Below, in pieces: positions 23,498-36,164 of a stretch of 64,000 nt of DNA (within the stretch, counting starts at the first letter, position 1; each line of letters starts with the position of its first letter). The stretch lies in the NCBI RefSeq assembly GCF_963921235.1, contig NC_086097.1:11408001-11472000 (forward strand), written 5' to 3'. This DNA comes from Mobula hypostoma. Its lineage: Eukaryota. The notes under the pieces are model-generated. The model searched no databases, had not been told where the DNA came from, and saw only the letters and a program-made list of their open reading frames with translations. Both the position numbers and the translations under genes were made by a program.

Positions 23498-26419
23498 TGT
23501 ATATGTACTTCGTTAATAAATTTACTTTGAACTTTGGATATTAAACTTTGAATGGGAAGTTGAATTGAAATGGGTCACCACCAGGAAATCCCATCCTTTG
23601 TGGCAGATGGAGCAACGGTGCTTGGTGAAGTGGTACTCCAATCTGCGTCAGGTCTCACTGCTGTACAGGGGGCCACACCAGGAGCATCAGATACAGTAGA
23701 TGGCCCTGACAGACTCACAGGTGAAGAGGTGTCTCACTTGGAAGGAGTGTTTGGGGCTCTGAATGATGGTGAGGGAGGAGGTGTAGGGGCAGGTGTGGCA
23801 CTTGTCACGTTTGCAGGGATAAGTACGAGGAGGGAGTCTCTCCCACTGATGTTACGCGTCCACCCACATGGAACTCACTCCTGACACTTGCACTGATCTC
23901 CCCCTGGCATGCTTGTACCGGAAAATGTTACGATAAGGATGAGTGAAAGAGCATAGATGTTGTTTATGTCTCTAATAATGGATGTTTGCTGTATGCTCCT
24001 CACTCCTTATTACTAAATGAAAGTTTTTTTGTGTCACAGAAGAAATAGTAGGCCTCATATATGACAGGTGTAGAGATACATCTCTACTTAAGAAGGTAAC
24101 CTGCAGGTCACCCTTGAGCAAGGTGTAGCACCTGCTTTAGCCCCCCGATTAGGGTGAAGCCATGGGAGCAGGAGGTGGATGGTCGTATGAGCAGCTGGTG
24201 CATATCACAAGTCCTGGTTATGCAACCACTGACGCCAGGCAGACATTCTCTGAAGAGTATTGAAAATGGCTGGGGTCACCCATCTTGTAAAGACACTGCC
24301 CAGAAGAAGTCAATCGCAAACCACTTCTGTAGAAAAATTTGCCAAGAACAATCATGGTCATGGAAAGACCATGATCACCTATGTTATACAACGTGGCACA
24401 TAACAAATGAATGGATATATGGCAGCTCCAAATTACTAAAGTGAGCCAAAGTGGTTTAAGGCAATTAAGTGTCAACCAATGACGATCATAAACACAAGAA
24501 ATCCTGCAGATCAACATACATAAATTTATTTTGTCTAGATTTTGCAGATGCTAGAAATCTAGAGGAACTCAGTAGTTCAGGTAGCATCCATGGAGATGAA
24601 TAAACGTTGTTTCGGGCTGAGTCCCTTCTCATGGGCTGGAAAGAAAGGGGAAAAATTCCAGAATCATGCTGTTTGATTATGGTGAACATTGTGTTTACTG
24701 CAAATACTCTAGACAGTGGCAAGGAAAGGTTTCAATGTTCACATCACACACAATGCAAGCAGGACAATCAGACGTATGATCTAGAATCTGAAACAAGAGA
24801 AAGTCTGCAGATGCTGGAAATCCAAAGCAACACAGACAAAATGCTGGAGGATCTAAGCAGGTCAGGCAGCATCTATGGAAATTAATAAACAGTCTACTCA
24901 AATCAATAATTTTAGAAGGTCTCTGTTGGTCACAAAATGTAAAACAAACATTTTGTAGCCCAGGTAACATGTCTGGAAGGTTTTATTCATAGAAAGATGG
25001 ACAGACATGTTTTATGTCAGATAGCCATGTAGGTGTTCAAATTCTGACAGTGACTTCGCCACAAAATAGTTATTGATACACATTCAGTGGGCTTGAGTAA
25101 CAACTGAGCAACTAGGTCGTGTTGTCTAAGATGGGCAAACTCACTATAATTAGGGGGCTTCGATGCTAGTTATAATATTTTAGGTCAGTATTAAAATGTA
25201 TTCCCCTTATACACCAAAAAACAGCATTGGTCCCCAATGTACATATTTAACCTAATCCTCGCATATTAATTGAAGCTGCTTCTAAAGAAGCTACACTTCA
25301 AACTCTGACTCTGGGCAGATAAATCAAAGGCATAGGAGAGTCCGTTATTGCTGGGAAACAATTAGTTGTTTCTCAAGCAGCTAGTAATTATTTTCATGAA
25401 ACCACAAACAATAACATTGAAAGCTAAACATTAGTGATTGAGATTAAGTCCTGACTGTCCAATCTCCATTTTTTCTAGCTTGTGTTTCTCCATGATTCAG
25501 TGTTGCTACCTAATAATCAATCATCATGGCCATTCCACCTAAAGTGGCCAAAGCACACATACAAGTCCTCACCAAGGGATCAGCAGTGAGCCATTCCAGG
25601 TTCCTGGGCATCAACATCACTGAAGGTCTATCCTGAGCTCAGCATATTCATGGAATTACAAAGAAGGCATGGTAGCAGTTTGAGGAGAATTGGTATTTCA
25701 CCGAAGACACATGCAAACTTCTATAGACGTACCATGGAGAGGATTCTACCTGGTTGTATCACTGTCTGGTGCAGAGGGTGAAACAGCCACTGCACAGGAT
25801 CGGATAAAGTTGCAGAAAGTTGTAAACCCACTCTGCTCCAACATGGGCACTAGCCTCCTCAACATCCAGGACACCTTCAAAAGACAATGCCTCAAAAAGC
25901 CACATCCATCATAAGGGCCCCCATTATATAGGACATGACCTTTTCTCATAGCTACCATCAAAGAGGATGTACAGGAACCTGAAGACACACACATAATGCT
26001 TCAAAAACAGATTCTTCCCTTCCACCATTGGATTTCTGAATGGACAATGAACCCACGAAGACCTCCTCAGTATCTTTTACCTCTATTTTGAACTGCTTAT
26101 TTAATTGATTTTTAATATATAGTTCTTACTATAATTTATAGTTTTTAATACTATGTATTGCAATATATGTTTGTTGCAAAACAACAAATTTCACAAAATA
26201 TGCTGCTGATGTTAAACCTGATTCTGATACTGAGCAAACAATCTAATCGATATATTAACACAACACTGCAAAATTATTTACAATGCTTTATTTATTCATT
26301 TTAGTTCAGTTTAACATTTTAGAATTAACATATTGTGGATCTGATCTTGATTAATTTCCAATAGTTTTATAATTTTGTTGGCTGATTTAAGCTTCATTTA
26401 AAAATTATTATTCTTACCT

Positions 26420-26790
26420 TGGATGGTGGGGTGGAGCTATGTCTCTACAGAAGGAGGTGTAAGGTGCTTCTCCCCTCTACTAGCCTGCAGGTTAACCTTG
26501 GGCAAGGTGTAGCACCTGCCTGCCCCCGATCAGGGTCATGGGAAGTCATGGGTGCAGGTGGTGGGGATGGTTGTATAAGCAGCTGGTGCATATCAGTCCA
26601 GGTTATGTGACCACTGGCCATGCAGACAATTTCTGAAGTGTATTGATAATGGCTGGGGTCAATTGTCTTGGAAAGATACTGCCCAGAAGAAGGCAACGGC
26701 AAACCACTTCTGTAGAAAAATTTTCTAAGAACAATCATGGTCAAAGACCATGATCACCCACGTCATACGACACATCACATAAAGATGGTG
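26420..26790 (+). mobile_element. ~370-bp SINE-like repeat with RTE-type 3' end (copies ~14445-14735, ~24065-24410, ~44740-45150 -)
   Basis: Four homologous copies; the 3' motif gaaggcaatggcaaaccact resembles RTE/BovB-type ends. Confidence 0.65.
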
Positions 26791-27302
26791 ATCCTTACTT
26801 TCCAGTAATATTAGAACAATGTTCTAACAAATAAGTAGAAATTAGATAAAACTTCCATGTTCAACCTCTAAAATGGTTCGGTAGACAAATTAGTATTCTT
26901 AGGCCACAGCTACAGAGACATTTTGCACAGCAAGATCCCAGACACAGCTAAATTTTTAGCAGACGATTTCTGCACATGAACAAATATCATGGAATCTTTT
27001 ACTTGGGAATGCATAGAGCTAACATCTCAGTTGTTTGTTAACATAAAAGTCGAGAACTCTAGAATGTACTCTACTATCCTTTAACTGCGTATGAAGAGCC
27101 ACGTTCTGAATCTGAGACATTATACTGATAGCTTGACAATTTTAAAATGATGACCTTCCAAAATGTTTCAGGTAAGTTTTAACATTAAGGATATTACGTA
27201 AATACAAGTTGTTGAAGATCAGAATTATTTTTGCTATAAACAGAAGTGTTTAGCAATGGAAATGTAATTGAAAAACCCAGTATTTAAGTATTCTACACTT
27301 AC

Positions 27303-27507
27303 CAGTTGTCCACGGATGCCAAGGCTCTGCTGATCCCGAGACAATCTGTTCTCCCAAAGGGAAAGAGACTCGTTTTTTTGATTTAATTTTCAACGTGCTA
27401 TCTGGACTCATCTCCTGCTGCCTAGCGCAGTCACCTTTGACACCCATATTGTCAAAAGGTGCAGAAGCTTGCAGCTCTCTGAGGTAGACATTTTCTGTAG
27501 TGCTCAT
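27303..27507 (-). CDS. PPP1R37 (LRRC68)-like protein, first coding exon (205 nt, phase 1); likely a divergent paralog
   Basis: MSTTENV...KSKKRVSFPLGEQIVSGSAEPWHPWTT resembles recalled PPP1R37 KRVTFPSDEDIVSGAVEPKDPW, with a PP1-docking RVxF motif; donor G|GTAAGT at 27302-27297; candidate acceptor gacatcag| before 27522. Confidence 0.8.
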
Positions 27508-28103
27508 TTCATTGTTCTTCAGCTGATGTCAAAATGCAATCAAGCGTTCTCTAGTTTCACAGAACTATCCATGTGATATCCTTACTGCTGCTTAATAATT
27601 TAGTATCAATCTGAAGCAAGTAAAACTAGTTGTCTGTGAAGCTACAGAATTTCTGCTTTATTTGTGGAACTTCATTCTAGAGTCTCAAAAGAAGTGGTGA
27701 GTGAAATGATTATGTTCCAAAATTAGGACAAGGTTACATTACACTGGAAAACAGAACCAGACAGAAAGTAGAAAACCAGACGTGAATTATCTTAACATCT
27801 GTCATAGGGAAAATGTTAGAGAAACACACCCAAAATGCTGAAGGAACTCAGCAGGTCAGGCAGCATCTATGGAAATGAATAAACAGTCGATGTTTTGAGC
27901 TGAGACCCTTCTTCAGGAATGTGTAGGGGAAAGGCGCCAGAATAAAATAGGTGGGAAGGAGAAGGAGGACTAGCTAGGTGGTGATAGATGAAACCAGGAG
28001 GGTGGGGAAAGGGCTGGAGAAGAATCTGTTGACTATAGGAAGAAGGGGGGCACTAGGGGTTGGTGGTAGAAAAGGAGTAAGCTGCCAGTGAGGAATAGAA
28101 GAA

Positions 28104-28630
28104 ACATAAAAACATAGAAAATAGGTGCAGGAGTAGGCCATTCGGCCCTTCGAGCCTGCACCGCCATTCAGTATGATCATGGCTGATCATCCAACTCAGA
28201 ACCCTGTACCAGCCTTCCCTCCATACCCCCTGATTCCTTTAGCCACAGGGGCCATATCTAACTCCCTCTTAAATATAGCCAATGAACTGGCCTCAACTGT
28301 TTCCTGTGGCAGAGAATTCCACAGATTCACCACTCTTTGTGTGAAGAAGTTTTTCCTAATCTCGGTCCTAAAAGGCTTCCCCTTTATCCTCAAACTGTGA
28401 CCCCTCGTTCTGGACTTCCCCAACATCGGGAACAATCTTCCTGCATCTAGCCTGTCCAATCCCTTTAGGATTTTATACGTTTCAATAAGATCCCCCCTCA
28501 ATCTTCTAAATTCCAACGAGTATAAGCCTAGTCGATCTAGTCTTTCATCATATGAAAGTCCTGCCATCCCAGGAATCAATCTGGTGAACCTTCTTTGTAC
28601 TCCCTCTATGGCAAGGATGTCTTTCCTCAG
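28104..28630 (-). mobile_element. Young CR1 LINE 3' fragment
   Basis: MIPGMAGLSYDERLDRLGLYSLEFRRLRGDLIETYKILKG...FFTQRVVNLWNSLP; (ttctatgt)-type tail. Confidence 0.9.
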
Positions 28631-29861
28631 GTCAGGGGACCAGAAGTGGGAAATATGTTAGAGAAGTCAATATTAAATACGATACTGCAGGGAAGTTTCG
28701 AAGTTGAAGCCCAATGGCCAAAGCCTGGAGATTAGAGGCCTGGAGGCCAGTCGTGGAATTGGAGGACTGCTCATGTGTGTGGGCGCATGGGAGGGAGAGT
28801 GGGAAGGAGGAAGGAGGCTTGTTTTGCTGTTGTTGTTTTGCTACTTCCTGTGTTCTGTGTTGTTCTGCAGAGCATTTTGGGCATTTTATGTTGGTGCTGG
28901 AATGTATCATGATGTTTGCTAACTCCACCACATCCTTAGGTGTGTTGGCTGTCAACGCGAGTGACACATTTCATTGTAGATTTCCAAAACACGAAGAAAT
29001 ACAATAGAATCAGTGAAAGACTAGACACAAAGACTGAGAAACAACCGATGTGCAAAAGAAGACAAACTGCAAATATTAAAAAAACAAATAACAACAATAA
29101 ATAAATACATAAATAAATAATACAGAGAACATGAGTGGTAGAGTCCACATTTCAGTGCTAAGGTGACTGAAGTTATCCTCGCTCACTGGTTCAGAAGCCT
29201 GATAGCTGAACCTGGTGTTGTAGGACCTATGGTTTCCTTTAGCTCCTTCCCGATGGCAGCAGTGAGAAGACAGCGTGACCTGACTAGTGGTGGTGGTGGT
29301 GGTGGTAGAAAAATATTTGACAAACCAGTGAGTGAAAGGTTACTATGAATAGAAAGAGCTGCACAGTTGAACTGGTGATGTTCTAATTCTCCTCTTTTCT
29401 TGTATTCCTCTGGGAAACTTACTTTTTCAAATAAAAGTAGATATTGAGCTACTACGTCAATAATTCTATATGTTGTGGCCATCTTTGTTATGTTGAATGA
29501 TAGACCATGGTGCTAAATTTTATAGATTTATTTCCAGTGTGAATAGGTTCATGAAATTTTATCTAAAACTATTGAGCTGTAAATCCATCTGTATTTTAAG
29601 GATGTAATATTGATCTGAAAGATCTATGATTAATTTATATTTTGTGATTCTCTCTTTCCAATTTTCTCCTCCAACAGGAATTAAAGGCATTAATAGATTC
29701 TGTTTTGCATTCTATTTCCCTGTAACAGTGGTCTCTTTAATAAAGGTACTCTCAGGCTCTGCTTTGATGTTTTGTACCATTTTCTAGACCACTGTTTCAC
29801 TGTCTTTGCTTAATCTGGGACAATGATCATACGTGCGAGGGGGAAGCAGATTTAGAATCTA

Positions 29862-31289
29862 CAGTACCGTGCAAAAGTACGTAGTGTAGAAATAGCTAGG
29901 GTGCTGAAGATTTTTGCACAGTATTGTAGTAATTTTATGCATTGCACTGTACTGCTTCCTGTAAAACACAAACAAATTTCATGACATACGTGAGCAATGA
30001 TAAACCTGCTTGTAATATGGGTCTCTATTGTGGACTGTGAATGGGAAGGGAACAAGGAGAGGGGTTCATGGTTGGGAAAAGGGGAAGGGAGCAAGAAGCA
30101 CAAGAGAGACATTCAGTAATGATCAATAAATGAACTGTTTGGAATCAAATGACCTTGCCTGGTGTCTCAGGGTTGGGTGTGTCTGCACCTGCACCTGCAT
30201 TATGCCCGGCTCCTGGCATTCCTTCTCCCCCACCTTTCTCACGACCCCTCCCATGGTGCTTATTGTCATGCGAACAAAGTCACCGGAGAGATGTACTGTA
30301 GATCTGAAGTAGTCTCTTTATTTGACAACATGAGACACAGCAGGCTTCATATTGAGACTCCTTTCAGAGGGAAAGGGCCTCCTTGCCCCAACACTGCGCG
30401 ACATTTTATGTGCTAAAGATCAAAGCAAGCAAATTCATTTGTATAGCACTTTTCAAACATAAGAAGTTCAAAGTGCCTTACATAGAACAAGATATAATCA
30501 TCAAATTTCAGACAAATAAGAGAATAAAATCACACAAAAAAGGATATGATAAATAGAAGTTACAGTGCACAAGGTTCTAATTAACAGCTCTAGCTAAGAG
30601 AAAAAATTTAAGCCTCGATTTAAAAGAGCTTAATGTTGGGGCAGACTTCAGCCCCTCTGGAAGGTTATTCCAGAGATGCGGAGCACAGTAACTAAAAGCT
30701 GTTTAGTTTTGACCCTGGGGACAGTAAGCAGACCCAAACCAGACAACTTGAGAGTTTGGGCAGGTTCATAATGCAGCAAGAGGTCAGAGATGTACTTTGT
30801 CCCTAGACTATTCAGTGCATTATAAACAAGCAGAATATTTTAAATTCAATCCTCTGATGGACAGGAAGCCAGCATAGTGATCGGAGAACAGGAGTTCTCA
30901 AAGGATAATTCAGGATAATTCCATATTTATAGTGCTTCCATTGAACTGCACATCACCCTCAGACTACACAGCATACCACAGACAAAATACATTTAAATCA
31001 GCATTGTCTAGTCTTCCAATCAGCCGTGGTTCACCGTTCTTAGGAACCCACTGTTCAAAGCTACATCTTAGATTTAATCCACAGTTCATATTCGAATCTG
31101 AAGTCTGGTGGCTGAAGTTATTTGCTATATAAATACTCTAACAGAGCTCCATCCTCAACATCTCCAACATCCTTTGCTCCTGCCAGATTTACAAACTCGC
31201 TCTCTGCTCCATGTTGACAAATACAGTACTGTGCAAATGCCTTAGTTACCCTAGCCATATATATGTGCCTAAAACTTTGCACAGTACTG
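29862..31289 (+). mobile_element. Tc1-like MITE with nested LTR-like and L2-like inserts
   Basis: TA|CAGTACCGTGCAAAAG...CTTTGCACAGTACTG|TA; insert at 30261-31143. Confidence 0.75.
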
Positions 31290-33350
31290 TATAAAGTGTA
31301 AGATATAATAAAAAAATGTATTATCTAAGTACCTATACAGTACATCACTATACACTACCCTGAGATTCTTTTTCTTGCGGGCATTTACAAATAAACAAAG
31401 AAATACAATAGTATCAAAGGTTAAAAGGTCAAATTTAATGTCAGCTAAATGTATATAATATACATCCTGAAAGGCTTTTTCTTCACAAACCTATAAACAA
31501 AAAACTGCACACAAAGACTAATGATCTGTGTGCAAAAGAAGAAAAACTGTCCAAAAAAAATTTAAACAAATAAATGTGTAATATTGAGAACTTGAGTTAT
31601 AGAGTCCCTGAAATTGACTCCACAGGTTGTGGAATCAGTTCAGAGATGAGCTGAGTAAAGTTACCCATGCTGGTTCAAGAGCCTGATGTTCCTGAACCTG
31701 TTGGTGTGGGTCCAGAGGCTTCTGTACCCACAGAAGCCTTCTTCTTGGTTCTTCCTGGCAGAACCAAGAAGACAGCTTTTTTTTATGGCAGCGCTCCTTA
31801 TAAATGTGCTCAATGTGCTTAATTAATACAAATAAAAATGAATCTTCAAACAGGGACAATTTAGCTGAACGATTAAAGACTGTAGTCTGTAAAAGGAGTC
31901 TTAATACTATGATAAAAGTATAGATTGTGTGTCAGAATCAGGTTTAATATCAGCAGCATGTTGTGTAATGGATTAGAAGGGTTTAGGAATACACGTGCAG
32001 AGTTCTTTGAAAGCAGTATCACAGGTAGATGGGTTGATGAAATAGGTGTTTATCGTGCTGGCCTTCATCAGTAAGGGCACTGACTATAGGACTAGGTCAG
32101 TCCTGATGAAGGGTTTCAGCCTGAAACATTAACTGTTTATTCATTTCCATAGATGCTGCCTGACCTGCTGAGATCCTCCAGCATTTTGTGTGCGTTGCTT
32201 TGCATTTGTTTTGTGTTTTGTGTTTTGGATTTCCAGCATCTGCAGACTTTCTCATGTTTATGACTGAGTATTGGAGTTGGGACATTATGTTGCAATTGTA
32301 TACATCTGTGTACAGTTGTGGTCACCCTTTTATATGAATAATGTAGCTAAATTGGAAACAGTGCAGGATGACACCAGGACTAGAGTGCCTGAGTTATAGA
32401 GAGAGGTTGGCTAGGCTAGGTATTTATTCCTCGGAACGCAGGAGAATGAGGGTCGACCTTACAGAAATGTTTATAATTATCAGAGGTGTCAGTAAGGTGG
32501 ACAGTAACAATCTTTTCCCAGTGGTGGGGGAGATCAAAACTAGGAGGTACAGATTTAGGGTCAGAGGGGTAGACTGAAAGAGACCGGAGGGGCAATTCTC
32601 CACACACAGGGTGGTGAGTATATGGAATGAGCCACCAGAGGAAGTGATTGGAACAGGTACAATAATGTAATTTATGAAACACTTGGTAGGTACATGGAGG
32701 GGCGAGGCTCAGAGGGATATGAGCTGAATGCAGAAGTTTGGAATTAAGTGGGCGTGTACTTATTAGGTAGATGTTCCTGTATCCATGCTGGATTGGTCTC
32801 TGGCTCTGAAGATCCAGATGGTGTCTTGTCCGTTGAGATGTGCTCCTTTGGTAAATAAGTAACTTGAGTCATAGAGTTGAACAGTATGGAAACAGGCCTG
32901 CAGCCTAACTCATCCATTGATCTTGCAAGTAAGTAGTTCAAACATACACAGTTACCAAATGGAATATTCTGTATAAACATAAAGTTTTTCTATTTTGCCT
33001 TTAAAACAGTGTGGTGATTGGGGCGGTACTGTTCACTTCGTGTACAACTACTGGGTCCAGTGATACAGACAAGTGGAGTCTTGGTTGTCGTGGTTGACAA
33101 TGATTTCTGTGCCTCAGCATGCCTTTCGTTCTCCATGAAGCGCTACAGTACCACCTTCCTGACAGTTGGATCTCTCTGTAGATCTCATCCCCCGCCCCCC
33201 AGCCTGCTGCTGCTGACTTTGCATGCTAGGACAGGCATTTCCTCATCAAATTCAAGTTTATTGTCATCCGACTCTATGTATGTACAAACAATGATCCCCT
33301 AGACACGCTGGAGGAACTCAGCAGGTCGGGCAGCATCCGTGGAAACGATG

Positions 33351-33386
33351 AGTCGACGTTTCGGGCTGGAACCCTTCATCAGGACT
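33351..33386 (-). ncRNA. Minimal type I hammerhead ribozyme (intact core)
   Basis: AGUC-CUGAUGA-AGGGUUCCAGCCC-GAAAC-GUC-GACU; stem I AGUC/GACU, stem II GGG/CCC. Confidence 0.85.
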
Positions 33387-35275
33387 GTAGAGGGAAGGGG
33401 CAGAGGCCCTATAAAGAAGGTAGGGGGAGGGTGGGAAGGAGAAGGCTGGTAGGTTCCAGGTGAAAAACCAGTAAGGGTAAAGATAAAGGGGTGGGGGAGG
33501 GGAAGCAGGGAGGTGATAGGCAGGAAAGGTGAAGAAGGAATAGGGGAAAACACAATGGGTAGTAGAAGGAGGTGGAACCATGAGGGAGGTGATAGGCAGC
33601 TGGGGGGAGGGGGCAGAGTGAAATAGGGATACAGGAAGGGAGGAGGAGGGAATTACCGGAAGTTGGAGAATTCTATGTTCATACTAAGGGGCTGGAGACT
33701 ACCTAGACAGTATATGAGGTGTTGCTTCTCCAACCTGAGTTTAGCCTCATCATGGCAGTAGAGGAGGCCATGTATGGACATATCCGAATGGGAATGGGAA
33801 GCAGAGTTAAAGTGGGTGGCTACTGGGAGATCCTGTCTGTTGCGGCGGACGGAGTGGAGGTGCTTGACAAAGCAGTCCCCCAATCTGCGTCGGGTTTCAC
33901 CGATGTAGAGGAGGCCGCACGGGGGTACCAGATGCAATAGATGACCCCAACAGACTCAAAAGTAAAGTGTTGCCTCACCTGGAAGGACTGTTTGGGGCCC
34001 TGAATGGTGGCAAGAGAGGAGGTGTAGGGACAGGTGTAGCACTTAACGTTTACAGGGATAAGTGCCGGGTGGGAGATCCGTGGGGAGGGATGTGTGGATA
34101 AGGGAGTCGCGGAGGGACTGATCTCTGCGGAAAGTGGAGAGGGGTGGAGAGGGAAAGATGTGCTTAGTGGTAGGGTCCTGTTGAAGGTGGCGGAAGTTGC
34201 AGAGGATAATGTGCTGGATCTGAAGGCTGGTGGGGTGGTAGGTGAGGACAAGGGGAACTCTGTCCCTGTTGTGGTGGCAGGAGGATGGGGTGAGGGCTGA
34301 AGTGCGGGAAATGGAGGAGATGCGGGTGAGGGTATCATTGATGACAGCAGAAGGGAAACCACGATCCTTAAAGAAAGAGGACATTTGAAATGTCCCGGAA
34401 CGGAAGGCCTCATCCTGGGAGCAGATGCAGCGGAGACGGAGGAACTGGGAATAGGTCATGGCATTTTTGCATGTGGTGGGGTGGAAAGAGGTATAGTCGA
34501 GGTGGTTATGAGAGTCAGTGGGCTTGTAGAAGATGTCAGTGGACAGTCTGTCTCCAGAGATGGAGACTGAGAGATCGAGAAAGGGGAGAGAAGCGACCAA
34601 GTGAATTTGAGGGCTGGGTGGAAGTTTTAAGTAAAGTCGATGAAATTGACGAGCTCGGCATGGGTGCAGGAAGCAGCATCAACGTAGTCGTCAGTGTACC
34701 GAAGGAAAAGTTGGGGAGCAGTACCAGAATAGGTTTGGAGCACAGACTGTTCCACATACACCAACTGAATTTGAGGGCTGGGTGGAAGTTTGAATTAAAG
34801 TCGACGAAACTGACGAGCTCAGCATTGACAGGATCTCCCGGTAGCCACCCACTTCAACTCTGTTTCCCATTCCCATTCAGATATGTCCATACGTGGCCTC
34901 CTCTACTGCCATGATGAGGCTAAACTCAGGTTGGAGGAGCAACACCTCATATACCGTCTAGGTAGTCTCCAGCCCCTTGGTATGAACATAGAATTCTCCA
35001 ACTTCCAGTAATTCCCTCCCCCTCCCTTCCTCTATTCCTATTTCACTCTGCCCCCTCCCCCAGCTGCCTATCTCCTCCCTCATGGTTCCGCCTCCTTCTA
35101 TTACCCATTGAGTTTTCCCTTATTCCTTCTTCACCTTTCCTGCCTATCACCTCCCTGCCTCCCTTCCCCACCCCTTTATCTTTCCCCTTAGTGGTTTTTC
35201 ACCTGGAACCTACCGACCTTCTCCTTTCCACCCTCCCCCCACCTTCTTTATAAGGCCTCTGCCCCTTCCCTCTAC

Positions 35276-35311
35276 AGTCCTGACGAAGGGTTCCGGCCCG
35301 AAATGTCGACT
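35276..35311 (+). ncRNA. Minimal type I hammerhead ribozyme (one stem III change)
   Basis: AGUC-CUGACGA-AGGGUUCCGGCCC-GAAAU-GUC-GACU. Confidence 0.75.
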
Positions 35312-36164
35312 CATCGTTTCCACGGATGCTGCTCGACCTGCTGAGTTCCTCCAGCGTGTTGTGAGTGTTGCTTTGACCCCAGCATCTGCAGAGAATTTTG
35401 TGTTAATCATCCTCTAGAGAATGGTGGACCCACACAACATATATCACACACAGAACGTAAGCCAAAATATTATACTATAAATAAGTTCTCACCGAGGTAG
35501 GAGGCCTGCTGGCTACCCACACCTGGTTTAGCCCACCTGTCAAAGTGGTGTCAACAACTGTCGCATGCAAACAGCTACTTAGAGCCACAGGTACAAGGTG
35601 AGTATCTGGTGGAGCCCAAATCTGAATGACCTTCCCCAGAATGGACATGACAAGCTCCTTCACCAGAGGTGCTACCCCAGACATCTCACCCTGCAAAAAC
35701 TCATTTCAGGAAGGTAGCACCACCATTTCAGGGAGGTAACACCACCCCACTCACCCCCCCCATCGACCTCCAAGGGTGTATGCAATACTTTGTTTAGTGA
35801 TTTTTTCTAATCTGTAAACCAAGTTGGGTATATGCAGAAAATGTAGCATTTAAATATGTACTTACATTATATTATCATGTTTATTCTATTACAACTTTAA
35901 GCAAGTCTACAGGGAGTTTGGCATCATCACGTAGGACATCAATGGAGTAGCTCCTTAGCAGCCAGCCAGCTAGTTTAAATAACGTTAGCTATGCTAATGA
36001 ATGACTGACACCTGTTAAACTCACCTCAATATGTCTTTCACCTTTTAACCCACCATGGGCAATAGAAAAGTCACTGATGCAAACAGTGCAGAGAGCAACA
36101 CTGTCATTATTTTTGAGGTCGACTGTAAAGCCCGCCCACGGAGAAAACTGATAGGTCTACTTAG

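Larger units (their letters stand above)
21700..23835 (-). mobile_element. Old Penelope-like remnant split by a LINE tail and the HERO-like element
   Basis: Penelope tail and ORF end at 21700-22270 resume at ~23550-23835. Confidence 0.7.
33304..35404. mobile_element. Penelope-like insertion with inverted 3' arms
   Basis: Minus-strand RT-end, GIY-YIG and tail (33304-34757), then a plus-strand copy of the last ~550 bp (34827-35404); imperfect TSD aatgatcccctaga / aatcatcctctaga. Confidence 0.85.
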
